64,000 nucleotides of DNA from Candidatus Bathyarchaeota archaeon (GCA_963714275.1 CAVQNT010000002.1:896001-960000); one strand, 5' to 3'. Shown: positions 34,302-44,066, counted from the stretch's first letter. Made by a program: numbers and translations. Notes: generated by a model not told the origin, from the sequence alone.

Positions 34302-34404
34302 GTTTTCTACCTAGTCAGCTAGATTCTTTTATCTTTATCTGGGATATCTAGCTGAAAAATAAAAAGTATTATGAATGCGCAGTATAGATTCCATATTCAC
34401 ATTC

Positions 34405-34503
34405 TTTATAATTTTTTGTGCGATATACGATACATACGATACAGAGGATGCAAACAGAAGCGGATAAAAGTAAATAAGAGAAAAAAAAGAAAAAAATTTA
34501 ATA
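34405..34503. repeat. Degenerate element terminus in reverse orientation
   Basis: Reverse complement CTCTTATT..TGTATCGTATGTATCGTATATCGCACAAAAAA resembles 50308-50395. Confidence 0.6.
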
Positions 34504-34521
34504 GCAGATTGAAGCGAGAAG

Positions 34522-35025
34522 TTGAATATTTCAAGAGTTTTAGGAATATTATTTCTGCTCTTCGTAGTTTTGGGAATATTATTTCTGGTCTGTTCATTTT
34601 TTGTTCCTTTTTACAGTTTTCTACCTGCTTGGAAACATTGGGAGGGTACTTATACAATTGGGGCAGGAACAAGCAATGGGCCTTTAGTAGAACTGTCCTA
34701 CGGGCCAGTGGTTGAAGGAATACTTGTCATAGACGGAGGCAACAATGATATTAATTTCTCAGTAGAAGACTTTCAGGGAGGAACTGTTATTTCGAAAACG
34801 TTGGCGTCAGATAGATACTACTTCGGTCCATTTCAGGCGTTTCAAAATACATATTATTTCATTTTCGACAATAGCATGAGTCTTAACCCCAAGACGGTAT
34901 ATTGGATAGTCCGTGCGTATTGGTATAACCTTGTATTCTTAATATTTGGTGTTTCTTCACTGGCTTTGGGAATAATCGTATTGTTGTATGAAAGAAAAAA
35001 AGGCCTATCCTTTAGTTGGCGTTAA
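34522..35025 (+). CDS. Membrane protein with GOLD-like beta domain
   Basis: TM-GGNNDINF..YYFIFDN-TM. Confidence 0.7.
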   Translation: MNISRVLGILFLLFVVLGILFLVCSFFVPFYSFLPAWKHWEGTYTIGAGTSNGPLVELSYGPVVEGILVIDGGNNDINFSVEDFQGGTVISKTLASDRYYFGPFQAFQNTYYFIFDNSMSLNPKTVYWIVRAYWYNLVFLIFGVSSLALGIIVLLYERKKGLSFSWR

Positions 35026-35100
35026 TTAATCTAAATGTCTCCGGGATTCTTATATTTGGGTACCATAGTCAGCTTAGCTCGTAGAATGGTTTGGGTTTGG

Positions 35101-35115
35101 GACTAAATTTTAATC
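35101..35115. repeat. Left target-site duplication GACTAAATTTTAATC
   Basis: Exact direct copy at 41506-41520. Confidence 0.92.
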
Positions 35116-35230
35116 TTTTTCTTCTTCTTCTTCTGTTATGTTCTGTTACGTTACGTTATATAATCTCGTCTTGTCTTCTTCTCTTATCTACTGACTCTCA
35201 CACTCTCTTCGCTCTGCACTCTGCTCCTCT
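35116..35230 (+). repeat. Left terminal inverted repeat
   Basis: Reverse complement of 41394-41505 except for one extra CTT. Confidence 0.95.
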
Positions 35231-35264
35231 CTGTAGAAAACAACTAGAACAAAGAAGACAAAGA

Positions 35265-35819
35265 CTAGGAATACTTCTCTAAATAATCATTTATGGCTTT
35301 GAGAATTCTTCCTTTGTAAACTTCATCTTTAACACTTTTCTCTATTATCCAAGAGCTGACAAAATCCGTTATAGGATGAATGCATAATCTTACAGCAATC
35401 TGTTTGTCAAGGCTTTCAGGGTCTAACTCGTATTCGATTCGGTTTTGAATCTCTTTTAGTTTCCTAAGAAAATGAAAAACTAGGGCTTCATCTATTTGTT
35501 CATTCTCAGGTAGAGAAAAAAAAGACTCTTTACTTTTTCGTTCGAATTCTGTCATTCTTTTAAGTTCATCTGAAGCTTCGATTAGTTTACCAAATTTTTC
35601 GTTGTTTAGGCTGTAAGTTACATATTGGCTTCCTTCTTTTGGAGTTCGAATGACATATTTGGCTTCAATTAGATGTTTAAGATGGTTATTCAATGTTGGT
35701 TTAGACATCTCTTCTGTTCGTCCATGCACAAAAAACTTGTATAGTTCATTGAAATGCATCTGTTCTTGGAGAAATAGAGCCACGAATATTTTGGTGCAGT
35801 ATTCGTCTAATCCTGTCAA
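35265..35819 (-). CDS. Winged-HTH transcriptional regulator
   Basis: MHFNEL..MSKPTL.NHLK.L....V.R...YSL; start trimmed because the longer ORF overlaps the divergent gene. Confidence 0.75.
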   Translation of the reverse strand: MTGLDEYCTKIFVALFLQEQMHFNELYKFFVHGRTEEMSKPTLNNHLKHLIEAKYVIRTPKEGSQYVTYSLNNEKFGKLIEASDELKRMTEFERKSKESFFSLPENEQIDEALVFHFLRKLKEIQNRIEYELDPESLDKQIAVRLCIHPITDFVSSWIIEKSVKDEVYKGRILKAINDYLEKYS

Positions 35820-35843
35820 GTTTTTCGCCTTTGTTAAGTTACC

Positions 35844-35855
35844 AGTAAATTTACT
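35844..35855. promoter_or_regulatory. Perfect palindrome AGTAAATTTACT in divergent promoter (candidate operator)
   Basis: Lies between the divergent wHTH and AbrB-like genes. Confidence 0.4.
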
Positions 35856-35911
35856 ACTAGTTAATATACTACTACTTAAACCTTTGTGTAAACACCTGTG
35901 AGGTAATAAAT

Positions 35912-36085
35912 ATGCCACATGAAGAAACAAGAAAAATAATCAAGGTAGGAGAAACTTCTTTCGCAGTTATCCTTCCAATGCCTTGGCTCAGATACTATAA
36001 ACTCGACAACAAAGATTCAGTTGAAGTCATTTCAGATGGCGCCGTAACAATAAAACCGCTAAAGAAAAAAGAGGCTAAACCATGA
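35912..36085 (+). CDS. AbrB/MazE-like DNA-binding protein (57 aa, not in ORF track)
   Basis: MPHEETRKIIKVGETSFAVILPMPWLRYYKL...VEV...VTIKP; GAGGT RBS. Confidence 0.75.
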   Translation: MPHEETRKIIKVGETSFAVILPMPWLRYYKLDNKDSVEVISDGAVTIKPLKKKEAKP

Positions 36086-36507
36086 CCGAAGACATGAAAC
36101 TGAAAGAACGAGCTGAATGGCAACAGTTCAACGAAGCCATCGAAAAAGAAGGAAAAGAACGCATCAGCCTCAGCGAATACCGCAAACTAGCAGAAAAAGA
36201 CAAGCATCCTGAAGACTTCATTGAAAATATAGGCTCATCTAGACCATTAGCTCACCAAGCCCAAGAAGAAATGAACGCTCAAAGGACAATTCGAGCCTTC
36301 AACATGGAAATAGAACTTTTGAAGAAAAACCCGAATTGCCACGTTGAAATTGGTCTTTCCCGTGGAGCTCCCATAAAAGGCGTTTTCAGAGGATTAGACG
36401 AAAGATACGCTAAAATTGCAGTTGAAGAGGACGGTTCAACGAAAGAATTAACCATAGTCCGCCTCGGCTACGTTGTTGCGATGCGAATTAGAATGACAAG
36501 TGAGTAA
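36082..36507 (+). CDS. Hypothetical protein with possible C-terminal Sm/LSm-like fold
   Basis: VEI.L..G..IKG.F.G.D pattern. Confidence 0.55.
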   Translation: MTEDMKLKERAEWQQFNEAIEKEGKERISLSEYRKLAEKDKHPEDFIENIGSSRPLAHQAQEEMNAQRTIRAFNMEIELLKKNPNCHVEIGLSRGAPIKGVFRGLDERYAKIAVEEDGSTKELTIVRLGYVVAMRIRMTSE

Positions 36508-36509
36508 CC

Positions 36510-37033
36510 ATGAGGTTTAGTCTTCTTTTGCAGAAAAGACTCAAAATCAGTCGGATTACTCTGTTCTTTAAAGGATATTTTCTGATATCTAACACTCAAA
36601 CGCTTGGAGGCGTAACCTCTAGGGTTGTTGGAGAAAAACGCATTCACTACATTTTTTGGGATTTTGACAAGTGCACTCTCGGAGAAATTGAAACAAAACT
36701 AGGTCAAATTCAGCGAGAATTCGGTCTCGGTAACATCTATGTAACCTCTGACCTTGAAGGTTCGTATCGAGCTTGGTGCTTCTCTAAAAGGTCTTGGATA
36801 GAATACTTGCACATTCTAATCAGCTCTTTTCCATTGTTGGATTACGGATTTTGGGTTTGGACAGTAAGACGTGGAGTGCAACATTGAGAATTAACAAAAA
36901 AGAGGGAAGACAACCTCAGCGTGTTATTTCATTCCTGAAAGGCTACGAAGAAACTAGCATTCCAGAAAAAATGGTTCATGTCATTTATGACACTGGAATA
37001 GAAAAAAGTGGCATGGTGGTCAAAATTGGATAA
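36510..37033 (+). CDS. Small AEP (primase-polymerase)-like protein, frameshift near 36875
   Basis: IFWDFD, YVTS..GSY, LLD, TLRI; two ORFs join by one base. Confidence 0.5.
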
Positions 37034-37361
37034 ATTCCCAGAGGCATTCGCAAGGTTCGAGGAAGACGTTGACACTGAAGAAATTGAAGATTTCAGAGAA
37101 TTGAAAGCCAGTTTCAGCCTCTGGGCTGGTGAACACTGGGTAGGTTCCTCGAGGCAGATAAGTGCTTTGAAGGTTGAAGCTCATAGACTTGGAATTTCCG
37201 TTCCAGTTGTGGCTAAGCCAAAACGGATTGCTAAGGGAAGAGCTCGCAGAGGCAAAGTTGAAGCTCGGACTTGGCGTTTCGAAAAGGTAACTGTGAAGGG
37301 TAAATCTCAACCTCGTTACCGAGACTTGGAGACTGGAAGGTTCATCAAAAAACCCGAGTAG
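37008..37361 (+). CDS. Hypothetical protein with basic C-terminus RYRD..TGRF
   Basis: Homolog at 51160..51375. Confidence 0.7.
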   Translation: MAWWSKLDKFPEAFARFEEDVDTEEIEDFRELKASFSLWAGEHWVGSSRQISALKVEAHRLGISVPVVAKPKRIAKGRARRGKVEARTWRFEKVTVKGKSQPRYRDLETGRFIKKPE

Positions 37362-37373
37362 GAAGGTGAAACT

Positions 37374-37610
37374 ATGAGGTGGAAGGATTGCGGATATTTA
37401 TGTGTAAGTAAAAGCGGAAAGAAAATTGTCATAGTCATTAAGCATATTCGATATGTTGCAACTTTGGAAGCGTTCATGAAAATCTTGGATGGAAAACAAA
37501 ATTACACTCTGATCTATGAACCGCCACAGAAAGAAGTGAAAAAAGGACTTTTTGATGAGATGAGCAAAGAAGAACAGCTGGAAAGAATGAAACTGCTTAG
37601 AGGTGATTGA
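37374..37610 (+). CDS. Hypothetical protein
   Basis: GGTGA RBS, operonic position. Confidence 0.6.
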   Translation: MRWKDCGYLCVSKSGKKIVIVIKHIRYVATLEAFMKILDGKQNYTLIYEPPQKEVKKGLFDEMSKEEQLERMKLLRGD

Positions 37611-37612
37611 GG

Positions 37613-37868
37613 ATGGCGAAAAAACAGAGTTTGGTTTTGAACCTCAATGAGAAAAGCGACTATGAAAGACTTGAAGAACTGCTTAACAAAGGATACGAGT
37701 TGAGGCAAGTTTTGAATAATCTTGTAATTTTGGAGCTGAAGGAAACAGAACAAAAAATTGTTAATCTTGGTCAACGTATCACATGACAAGGTAGATGACC
37801 TTCTGAAGGAAGGCTACGAAGTTAAAGAATCGTATAAAGACAGCGTGGTACTCGTCAAGAAGGCTTAA
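37613..37868 (+). CDS. Hypothetical protein with two LL..GYE repeats, frameshift near 37765
   Basis: ELLNKGYE and DLLKEGYE in adjacent frames. Confidence 0.5.
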
Positions 37869-37871
37869 AGT

Positions 37872-38078
37872 GTGAATCCATTGCACAAGTTGATGGTTGA
37901 CGAGTGTTTTAGTGGTGGCGAAACCCTGAGCATCGAGCTTGTTAGTAAGAGAACAGACCTACATTTTTGGGAGGCAGCACACTGGCTCGGTAAATTGGTG
38001 CATGAGGGAAGACTAAAAATCGTGTTTCGAAAAGACGGAAGAAAAGCAATTAAAACACTGTATTATGTGAGAGCTTAG
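37872..38078 (+). CDS. Small winged-HTH-like protein
   Basis: LS...VS...L...A...L.KL...G.L...YY. Confidence 0.55.
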   Translation: MNPLHKLMVDECFSGGETLSIELVSKRTDLHFWEAAHWLGKLVHEGRLKIVFRKDGRKAIKTLYYVRA

Positions 38079-38154
38079 CAGTTAGATCATAGAATTGAAT
38101 TATAGAAACTTGTTTCAGAAACTACAAAACAAGCGATCTGCATAGATTCTAGGC

Positions 38155-39189
38155 ATGGTTAAATCGAAAGTTTTGAAGCTATCTTGGATGGTCAAGGCTC
38201 TTATCTTGGAAGAGCTGAAGGCTGTTTCGAGGTTCGAGACAGAAACAAGAACATAACTCGTTATCCACATTTTGAAAGAGAAATAGGCGAAGCAGTCCTA
38301 AAAAGCGGAAACTACGTTTCAGTTGACGCTTTAATTGACCTTGCATTGTGGAATGTTGACACATACATCATGACCAAAAAGAACCGTGTTGCAGCAGTTT
38401 TAAAGAACCTAGAAGACGATTCTCACGTTAAAACTAGGGTTTGCCAATATAAAGCCCTAGAAGACGGTAAAGGCATTCAAATCGCTAAACAATTGGTTCA
38501 AAGCAAGAATCAGAGGACAATGTTCAGTTCTCAAAAAATATGATATTAAAATTCCAGAGCTAAACATTGAAGGAATGATTGAAAGCGTAAATTCGGAAAG
38601 CCTAGAATTTGCGAGAATAAAACTGACTTCTATTGAAGGCAAATTTTCAGAACTTTACTTCAAGCAGATTTTCAGCTTGTTTCCAGAGAACATTAGACCT
38701 AAGAAGAGAATGACTTTCAAGGCTTACGATGGAATAAACAACGTCTTCAATTTTGGCTATTACGTCTTGAAATGCAAAATTCATAAGGCTTTGATTAAGG
38801 CTAAACTTGAACCTTATTTAGGCTTTTTGCACAGTGTCCAGTTTGGGAAGCCTAGTTTAGTGTGCGATTTTCAAGAACTGTACCGCTACCTCATAGACGA
38901 TTTTCTGATTGAACGTAGAACGAAGTTTCACAAAAACGACTTTGTAATTATAACAGACTTTATGATGCGTCTTCGTATGGGAAAGAAGATTCACTTGTGC
39001 GATTACGAGACTGATAGTCTAGCTAAAGACTTAAATTCACTATTTGAACGAACAATCGAAATCCCACGTATAAAAGTCGGCAAAAAGCAAACACTTGAAA
39101 CGTTGATTAACGAAGAAACCTTACTATTTGCTAAGTATCTAAGAAATGAATGGAAATCTTGGACTCCAAGAATAGCGGTGTTAAAATAA
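38155..39189 (+). CDS. cas1: Cas1-solo endonuclease (casposase-like), frameshifts near 38180 and 38507
   Basis: G.YLG...G.F.V, SGN.VS.DAL, QY.A, IEG..S..YF, NNVFNFGY..L, LEPYLGFLH, SLVCDFQELYR..ID: catalytic E/H/D residues present. Confidence 0.93.
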
Positions 39190-39205
39190 GCCATTAGCGA
39201 AGAAT

Positions 39206-40223
39206 TTACTCCGAAAAGAAATCTTGGAGTCTTTTCATTTCTCCTTGTATTTCTTGGGGTTTGCTAATTTTTCTAGATTCTTCAGCTTGTAAATTGCATA
39301 GCCTCTTAAAGAAATATTCCAGCCTATTTTTCTCGATGTCCTTTCCGTAATAAATTTTGTATTTTTCATTATCCAATTTATCAGCAAGACCAATTTCACA
39401 GAACTTCTTTAGCGTGTTTTGTACCCACCTTTTCCTAATTTGAGCCATTTCGCCCTTCAAACCAGACCAAGGTATATAGTACTCGTAAGCTTTTTCTAAT
39501 ATTTGGTCAAGATTGACTTCAAAATCCTCACTTCCTTCACTGAAAGTAGGGAAAATTTCTCCCCATATCTCATTCATTAAGTATGATATCGGGGGTTCTT
39601 TTCTTGTGAATTTGCATGAAGAATATTCAACTGCTAGTTTTTGGATATCAAAGCTAATTCCATTTTCAATCCTTTTTTGTAGTTCAGCACAATTCACATT
39701 TCCGCTAACATGTTTAATGATAATTTTGTCTAGAGCTGGGAACTTCATGCCTTGTATTAGTCCCCATTCAGTTATACACAAACTTCTTTTAAGTTCTAGT
39801 TCTCCATCACTTACCATTTTTGATATGATTCTTAGAAACTCGAGCCGAATCTTCAAGATAAACAAGTAAGAGAACATCGTGGTTCTGCACCCATTTAACA
39901 GCTGTATCCCACCCTCCGACTTCTTTCATATACTTCTGTAATTGGGGCAGTAATCCAAGTCTGGCTATCGAATTCAGCTGAGGAATTGAGGTCTTAACCT
40001 CGCAAAGGATACCGCATTTATCATCATCATATTGCATAACAATATCAGGCTTTACCTCTTCTCCATCTTTCGTGCGGAATATGGGTTCTGAATAGACAAA
40101 TTTACAGCCAAACTTATAATTTTCCAAGTAGTTCTTTATTCCAAGCGTGAGAAGAACTGTATCGTAGTATCTTTGAAATTCAAGCTTCTTGCTTCTCAGA
40201 CAATATTCAAATTCTGAGGAAGC
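39206..40223 (-). CDS. PD-(D/E)XK nuclease-like cargo protein, frameshift near 39850
   Basis: KPDIV...LCEVKT; two overlapping ORFs. Confidence 0.6.
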
Positions 40224-40237
40224 CATTCTGAGAACCC

Positions 40238-41286
40238 TCACTCAAAGAAATCGGCTATTTTGCCTTCATGAAAGGCTCTCTATAAGGTGCTTTGAGAAAC
40301 GCATTAAAGCTGCCTTTGTGGCTTTGATTTGGGGCATAACTAAAAGTGAATCTGAATCGTATGTTCTGAGTGAAAATGATGAATTATCTATCCTATCAAG
40401 TAAAGTCAAATAGATATGAGGATTACCTTCGTGAACAATTGAATAGGAACAGAAAGGATATTCTTGAATTGTTTTTATAAATCTTTTACGAATTTCTTCT
40501 TCATCGAACATAGTTTCATCAAATTTAATAATAAGAGGATTTACCTTTTTCTGAGGGTCATCCTTTCTGCTTCTTCCTTCAAATCTCTTATACTTTGAAC
40601 GACACATCTCAGACCATTTTTGAAGTAAAACATAATATTCGTCGAAAGCCCCAAGAGAGTATTGCATAATTCCCTTTCTGCTCATACTAAAATCATATTT
40701 CGCTGAAATTACACTTATGCTGTCGATCCAAAGTCGATCTTTGCGAACAATCTCAAAGGTTTTTGTGAATTCTTGGGATTCGAATCGTATATTAGATACC
40801 CTTTGTTCTCCGAACATACGCTTGGCAACATACTTATTAGTGTTGAAGTCAACTTTCTTGTTTTCACTAAAAAATGTCAGAAGTTCAAAAATCTCTTGAG
40901 ATGTTAAATACCCTAATATAGCATTAGGATACATCATTGTAGTTAAGTATAAAAGGCATCTATCTACATAGCGCGAAGACTCACCTGTTATAAGAAAAAT
41001 TTGATTCTCTTTTTGAAGTGCATAAAATCTACCTTTTACATCCTGTTCCCTCATTCGTCTAGTTGCCTCACAAAACCATAGCTGAGTGAGGCTCTTGTTC
41101 GTTATGAGATAGGTTAGAATATTTTATCTCTATGCCCTCCTCTAAAGCCAAATCTTTAAGAATTTGTTCGAATTTCATATCTGAAAGCAAAGAAAGGACC
41201 TTTACAGAGCCATAACTTCGTTTTAGGGCAGAAGCGGAATAATTATTAAGTATAAGCTTCTGGGCGAACGTTATTTCATCAGACAA
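40238..41286 (-). CDS. Hypothetical cargo protein of about 350 aa after repairing frameshifts near 41070 and 40270
   Basis: ORFs 41068..41286 and 40266..41054 join; HEGNPH, D.SSF, PQ motifs. Confidence 0.6.
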
Positions 41287-41393
41287 ATCTTAATCCCTAT
41301 TATGTCTCAGCTCAATAAGACAATTAAGGCTTTGGGTTTTTCTAAAGGGATTAAAAATCTGTTTTATTGTCAGATTAGTGTAGAGAGTAGAGT

Positions 41394-41505
41394 AGAGGAG
41401 CAGAGTGCAGAGCGAAGAGAGTGTGAGAGTCAGTAGATAAGAGAAGAAGACAAGACGAGATTATATAACGTAACGTAACAGAACATAACAGAAGAAGAAG
41501 AAAAA
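41394..41505 (-). repeat. Right terminal inverted repeat
   Basis: Reverse complement of 35116-35230. Confidence 0.95.
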
Positions 41506-41520
41506 GACTAAATTTTAATC
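41506..41520. repeat. Right target-site duplication GACTAAATTTTAATC
   Basis: Identical to 35101-35115. Confidence 0.92.
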
Positions 41521-41795
41521 CCCACACACACACTTATTTTCTTTTATTCTTTTATTTTTTCTTTTATTCTCTTTCCCTCTGAACGTATATCCCGTGTATC
41601 GTGTATATCTCATACAACTGATTGACAAAATGTAGCACAAAACACATAAATACAAGTCTGTCATGAGGAAGCTGGAGATGTCTTAGTTAGCTAAAGAAAA
41701 TAATTTTTATTTAGCGCGCGCGCTAAGATTATTCAATTCCGAATTCTTGTAGACTATAGAACTGCTGAAGGTATTCTACGCCTTTTTCAGTGGTT

Positions 41796-41999
41796 TTAAT
41801 TAAGTCTGCCGTTGCCTTCAGAATTTGCGATTAATCCTGCTTTTTTGAGTTTTTCAAGGTACTCTTCCAGCATCTTGAAGTTCATGTTAGCTCCATACAC
41901 TATTCTGGTTTTTTTGGCGCCTTTGCTAGCAATTTTCAGAATCTCAGCAACAATTTCTAGGTTGCTTCTTCTCTGTGACATATACATTTTCGTTAACAT
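41796..41999 (-). CDS. Winged-HTH regulator, 3' frameshift
   Basis: RRSNLEI..EIL..GAKKTRI.YGAN.N. Confidence 0.8.
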   Translation of the reverse strand: MLTKMYMSQRRSNLEIVAEILKIASKGAKKTRIVYGANMNFKMLEEYLEKLKKAGLIANSEGNGRLN

Positions 42000-42103
42000 T
42001 GTTTCTTACCTCGCTTTCGAATTATAGTCCAATGTTTCGAACACAATGCTGGGCTTCCCGAATTGAACCTAATATAAATTCAGTCACTTGCGTAATCATC
42101 GCA

Positions 42104-42295
42104 TTAAATGGCTAGAAGATCCTTTGCCCTTTCAAGGATGTCTTCAGATGGTTTTATCAGGGGAGTTATAGGCTCTTGAGGAGTCTCTATCATAGTGTCT
42201 TGTGTTGCTCGGGCTTGTTTAGAATCTTTAAGTCCATTCAGATAGAGATTAGCTCCAAGTTCTATTTCATCAATTTCTTCTCTTTTGCTGAACAT
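42104..42295 (-). CDS. Small hypothetical protein
   Basis: GAGGT RBS; 5' region duplicated with that of 41999. Confidence 0.45.
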   Translation of the reverse strand: MFSKREEIDEIELGANLYLNGLKDSKQARATQDTMIETPQEPITPLIKPSEDILERAKDLLAI

Positions 42296-42653
42296 TGTTT
42301 CTTACCTCGCTTTCTAATTATAGTTCTATGTTTACCAAAGAAGACTATTTTAAGGTTCTCTAACAAAAAAGGATAGTTTTTACCAATATTAAACAAAAGA
42401 AAACGTTTTTTACCACATAAAGAAAAACGATCATACTATTTCTAGTTAATGGAAAAAATAATCCAATTTGTCCAATTTTGGAAAAAATTTAAAACGATCA
42501 AAATCTAGTTTACCGCTAGCTTAGTTAGTGATGGAGACAGATCTTGTTTAGGCTGTCCTGAGACTGAAACAAAATAATCCAACTAGAATTTCTCCGCAAA
42601 TTAATGAAATGTTCTAAGGCCTATTTTATAAGCGACCGTGCACATAATTATAC

Positions 42654-42872
42654 ATGAAAGTGATTATTTTGAGTTTTGATTTGACTGGAATAGTTTATTC
42701 CATAAGTTATAGAGTTGTTAATAAACTTAGAAAGGCAGGAGCTGTTTCTAGAGATAAGGCGATGACACCTGAGACTGCCAATCTAAACTTGCAGGAAATC
42801 GATTGGCTACAGTATTTAGCTTGTGACGCTTCAACAATTAAAAAGACAAGAGACGGGCTATACTATATTTAG
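42654..42872 (+). CDS. Small hypothetical protein
   Basis: ORF; KL..AGA.S...A.TP..A. Confidence 0.45.
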   Translation: MKVIILSFDLTGIVYSISYRVVNKLRKAGAVSRDKAMTPETANLNLQEIDWLQYLACDASTIKKTRDGLYYI

Positions 42873-43336
42873 CTCGCGCTATCAGTTACACAACGGCTAG
42901 CTCAGCTAGTTATTCTAACTGTTAGCATAATTCCCCATTTTATTCTATTTCTCTATTTACCCATTTCTAATTTTAGTTTTTGAACTGAATGCATTGATAT
43001 TGCACACACAGTTCATTGACGTTTTCAATAACGTTCTTTCAATGCAGAACTCAACGAGTAAATCCTTTTACTCGAAGTTAGCTCAGCTAAAAAAGAGACC
43101 CAAGAAGCAAGGAAAAAATAAACGAAAATCCGATGATATCGATTCCGTACAGAAAAAACAAGAAACCTAACTCGCCATATGTATATCCCTTAAAAATAAG
43201 TTGGAAGCTTCTCAATAACCATTCAAATAAACCCACAAAAAATCCTAAACGAAAACGTGTATGCCTAAGCTTATTTCTGTAATAGTATTCAGCAAACCAC
43301 CAAATCCATCCGCATATTTGCCAAGAATTGCTTAAA

Positions 43337-43522
43337 CTATTGTCTCGTCATAACGACGACTTCTTTAAGGGTTTCCCTTTCTTGTTGCCATAGTTCCCTT
43401 TTTAACAGGTCTCGGACAGCGAATCGGATAGCCGCGCTCCTAGATGAGTATATGCCCTGCTCAATCAGCTCGTTCAGCCCCTCCAAGCAGGCTTCGGGCA
43501 GCAAGAACGTCACCAACTCCAA
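43337..43522 (-). CDS. Ribbon-helix-helix (CopG-like) regulator
   Basis: LVT..LP...LE.L..L...G.Y.SRS.AIR.AVR.LL. Confidence 0.85.
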   Translation of the reverse strand: MELVTFLLPEACLEGLNELIEQGIYSSRSAAIRFAVRDLLKRELWQQERETLKEVVVMTRQ

Positions 43523-44066
43523 TTATAATCGCCTCCGTGTATGGGAAATCGATCGATCGCCATATGAAAACCTTTCAGGCTCCTAAAAAGGATGTTAAGT
43601 GTCAGCGATATCTCAGCATAATAGTATGCTTTCTGCGTAGGTTCGTACTGCTGCTAAAAGCTGGCTAGCTCACTAAAATTTTGGTACGAGAGATAGATCG
43701 ATCAGATAACGCTAGAAGTCATATTAGAAACTTAAAAGGCGAATACGATCCTATTCAAGCATCTTTTATCGACACTTAGGTATCCATATAGGTTGGTACC
43801 TAATCACTTTCAAAATTACCTCTCACCATTAAGGAAATAGCTGAGTACGTGAGTCACCTATCAGATAATAGAAACATTATATGCTTTTTGCCTGTTCGAT
43901 GACGACTACGTTGTGGATTTCCATTTTCGGAAAACATAAACCCGTTCTAGATTTAACTTGAAGATAATAACATCACAAATTGACACAAGGACACCGTTCC
44001 TTTTTCTTATCTAGAATTATATAATACTAATGATAAAAAGATTAATCTAAATTAAAGGTGAAAAAG

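Larger units (their letters stand above)
35116..41505. mobile_element. Casposon-like element (Cas1-solo, TIRs, TSD) lacking PolB
   Basis: 115/112-bp TIRs, 15-bp direct repeat, cas1, no CRISPR array or cas2. Confidence 0.9.

Noticed and set aside
35091-35282. ORFs 20695..20889, 35091..35282 and 50283..50741 (similar LxFNLFL starts) and 34406..34672, 49265..49471
   Set aside because: Translations of the non-coding core/TIR repeats, not genes.
38155-39189. CRISPR-Cas adaptation module
   Set aside because: No cas2, cas4, effector genes or repeat-spacer array in the window; cas1 lies within TIRs and a TSD.
41282-41360. Core-like GACAAATCTTAATCCC and GGGATTAAAAATC inside the element
   Set aside because: Partial matches overlapping a gene start; chance cannot be excluded.
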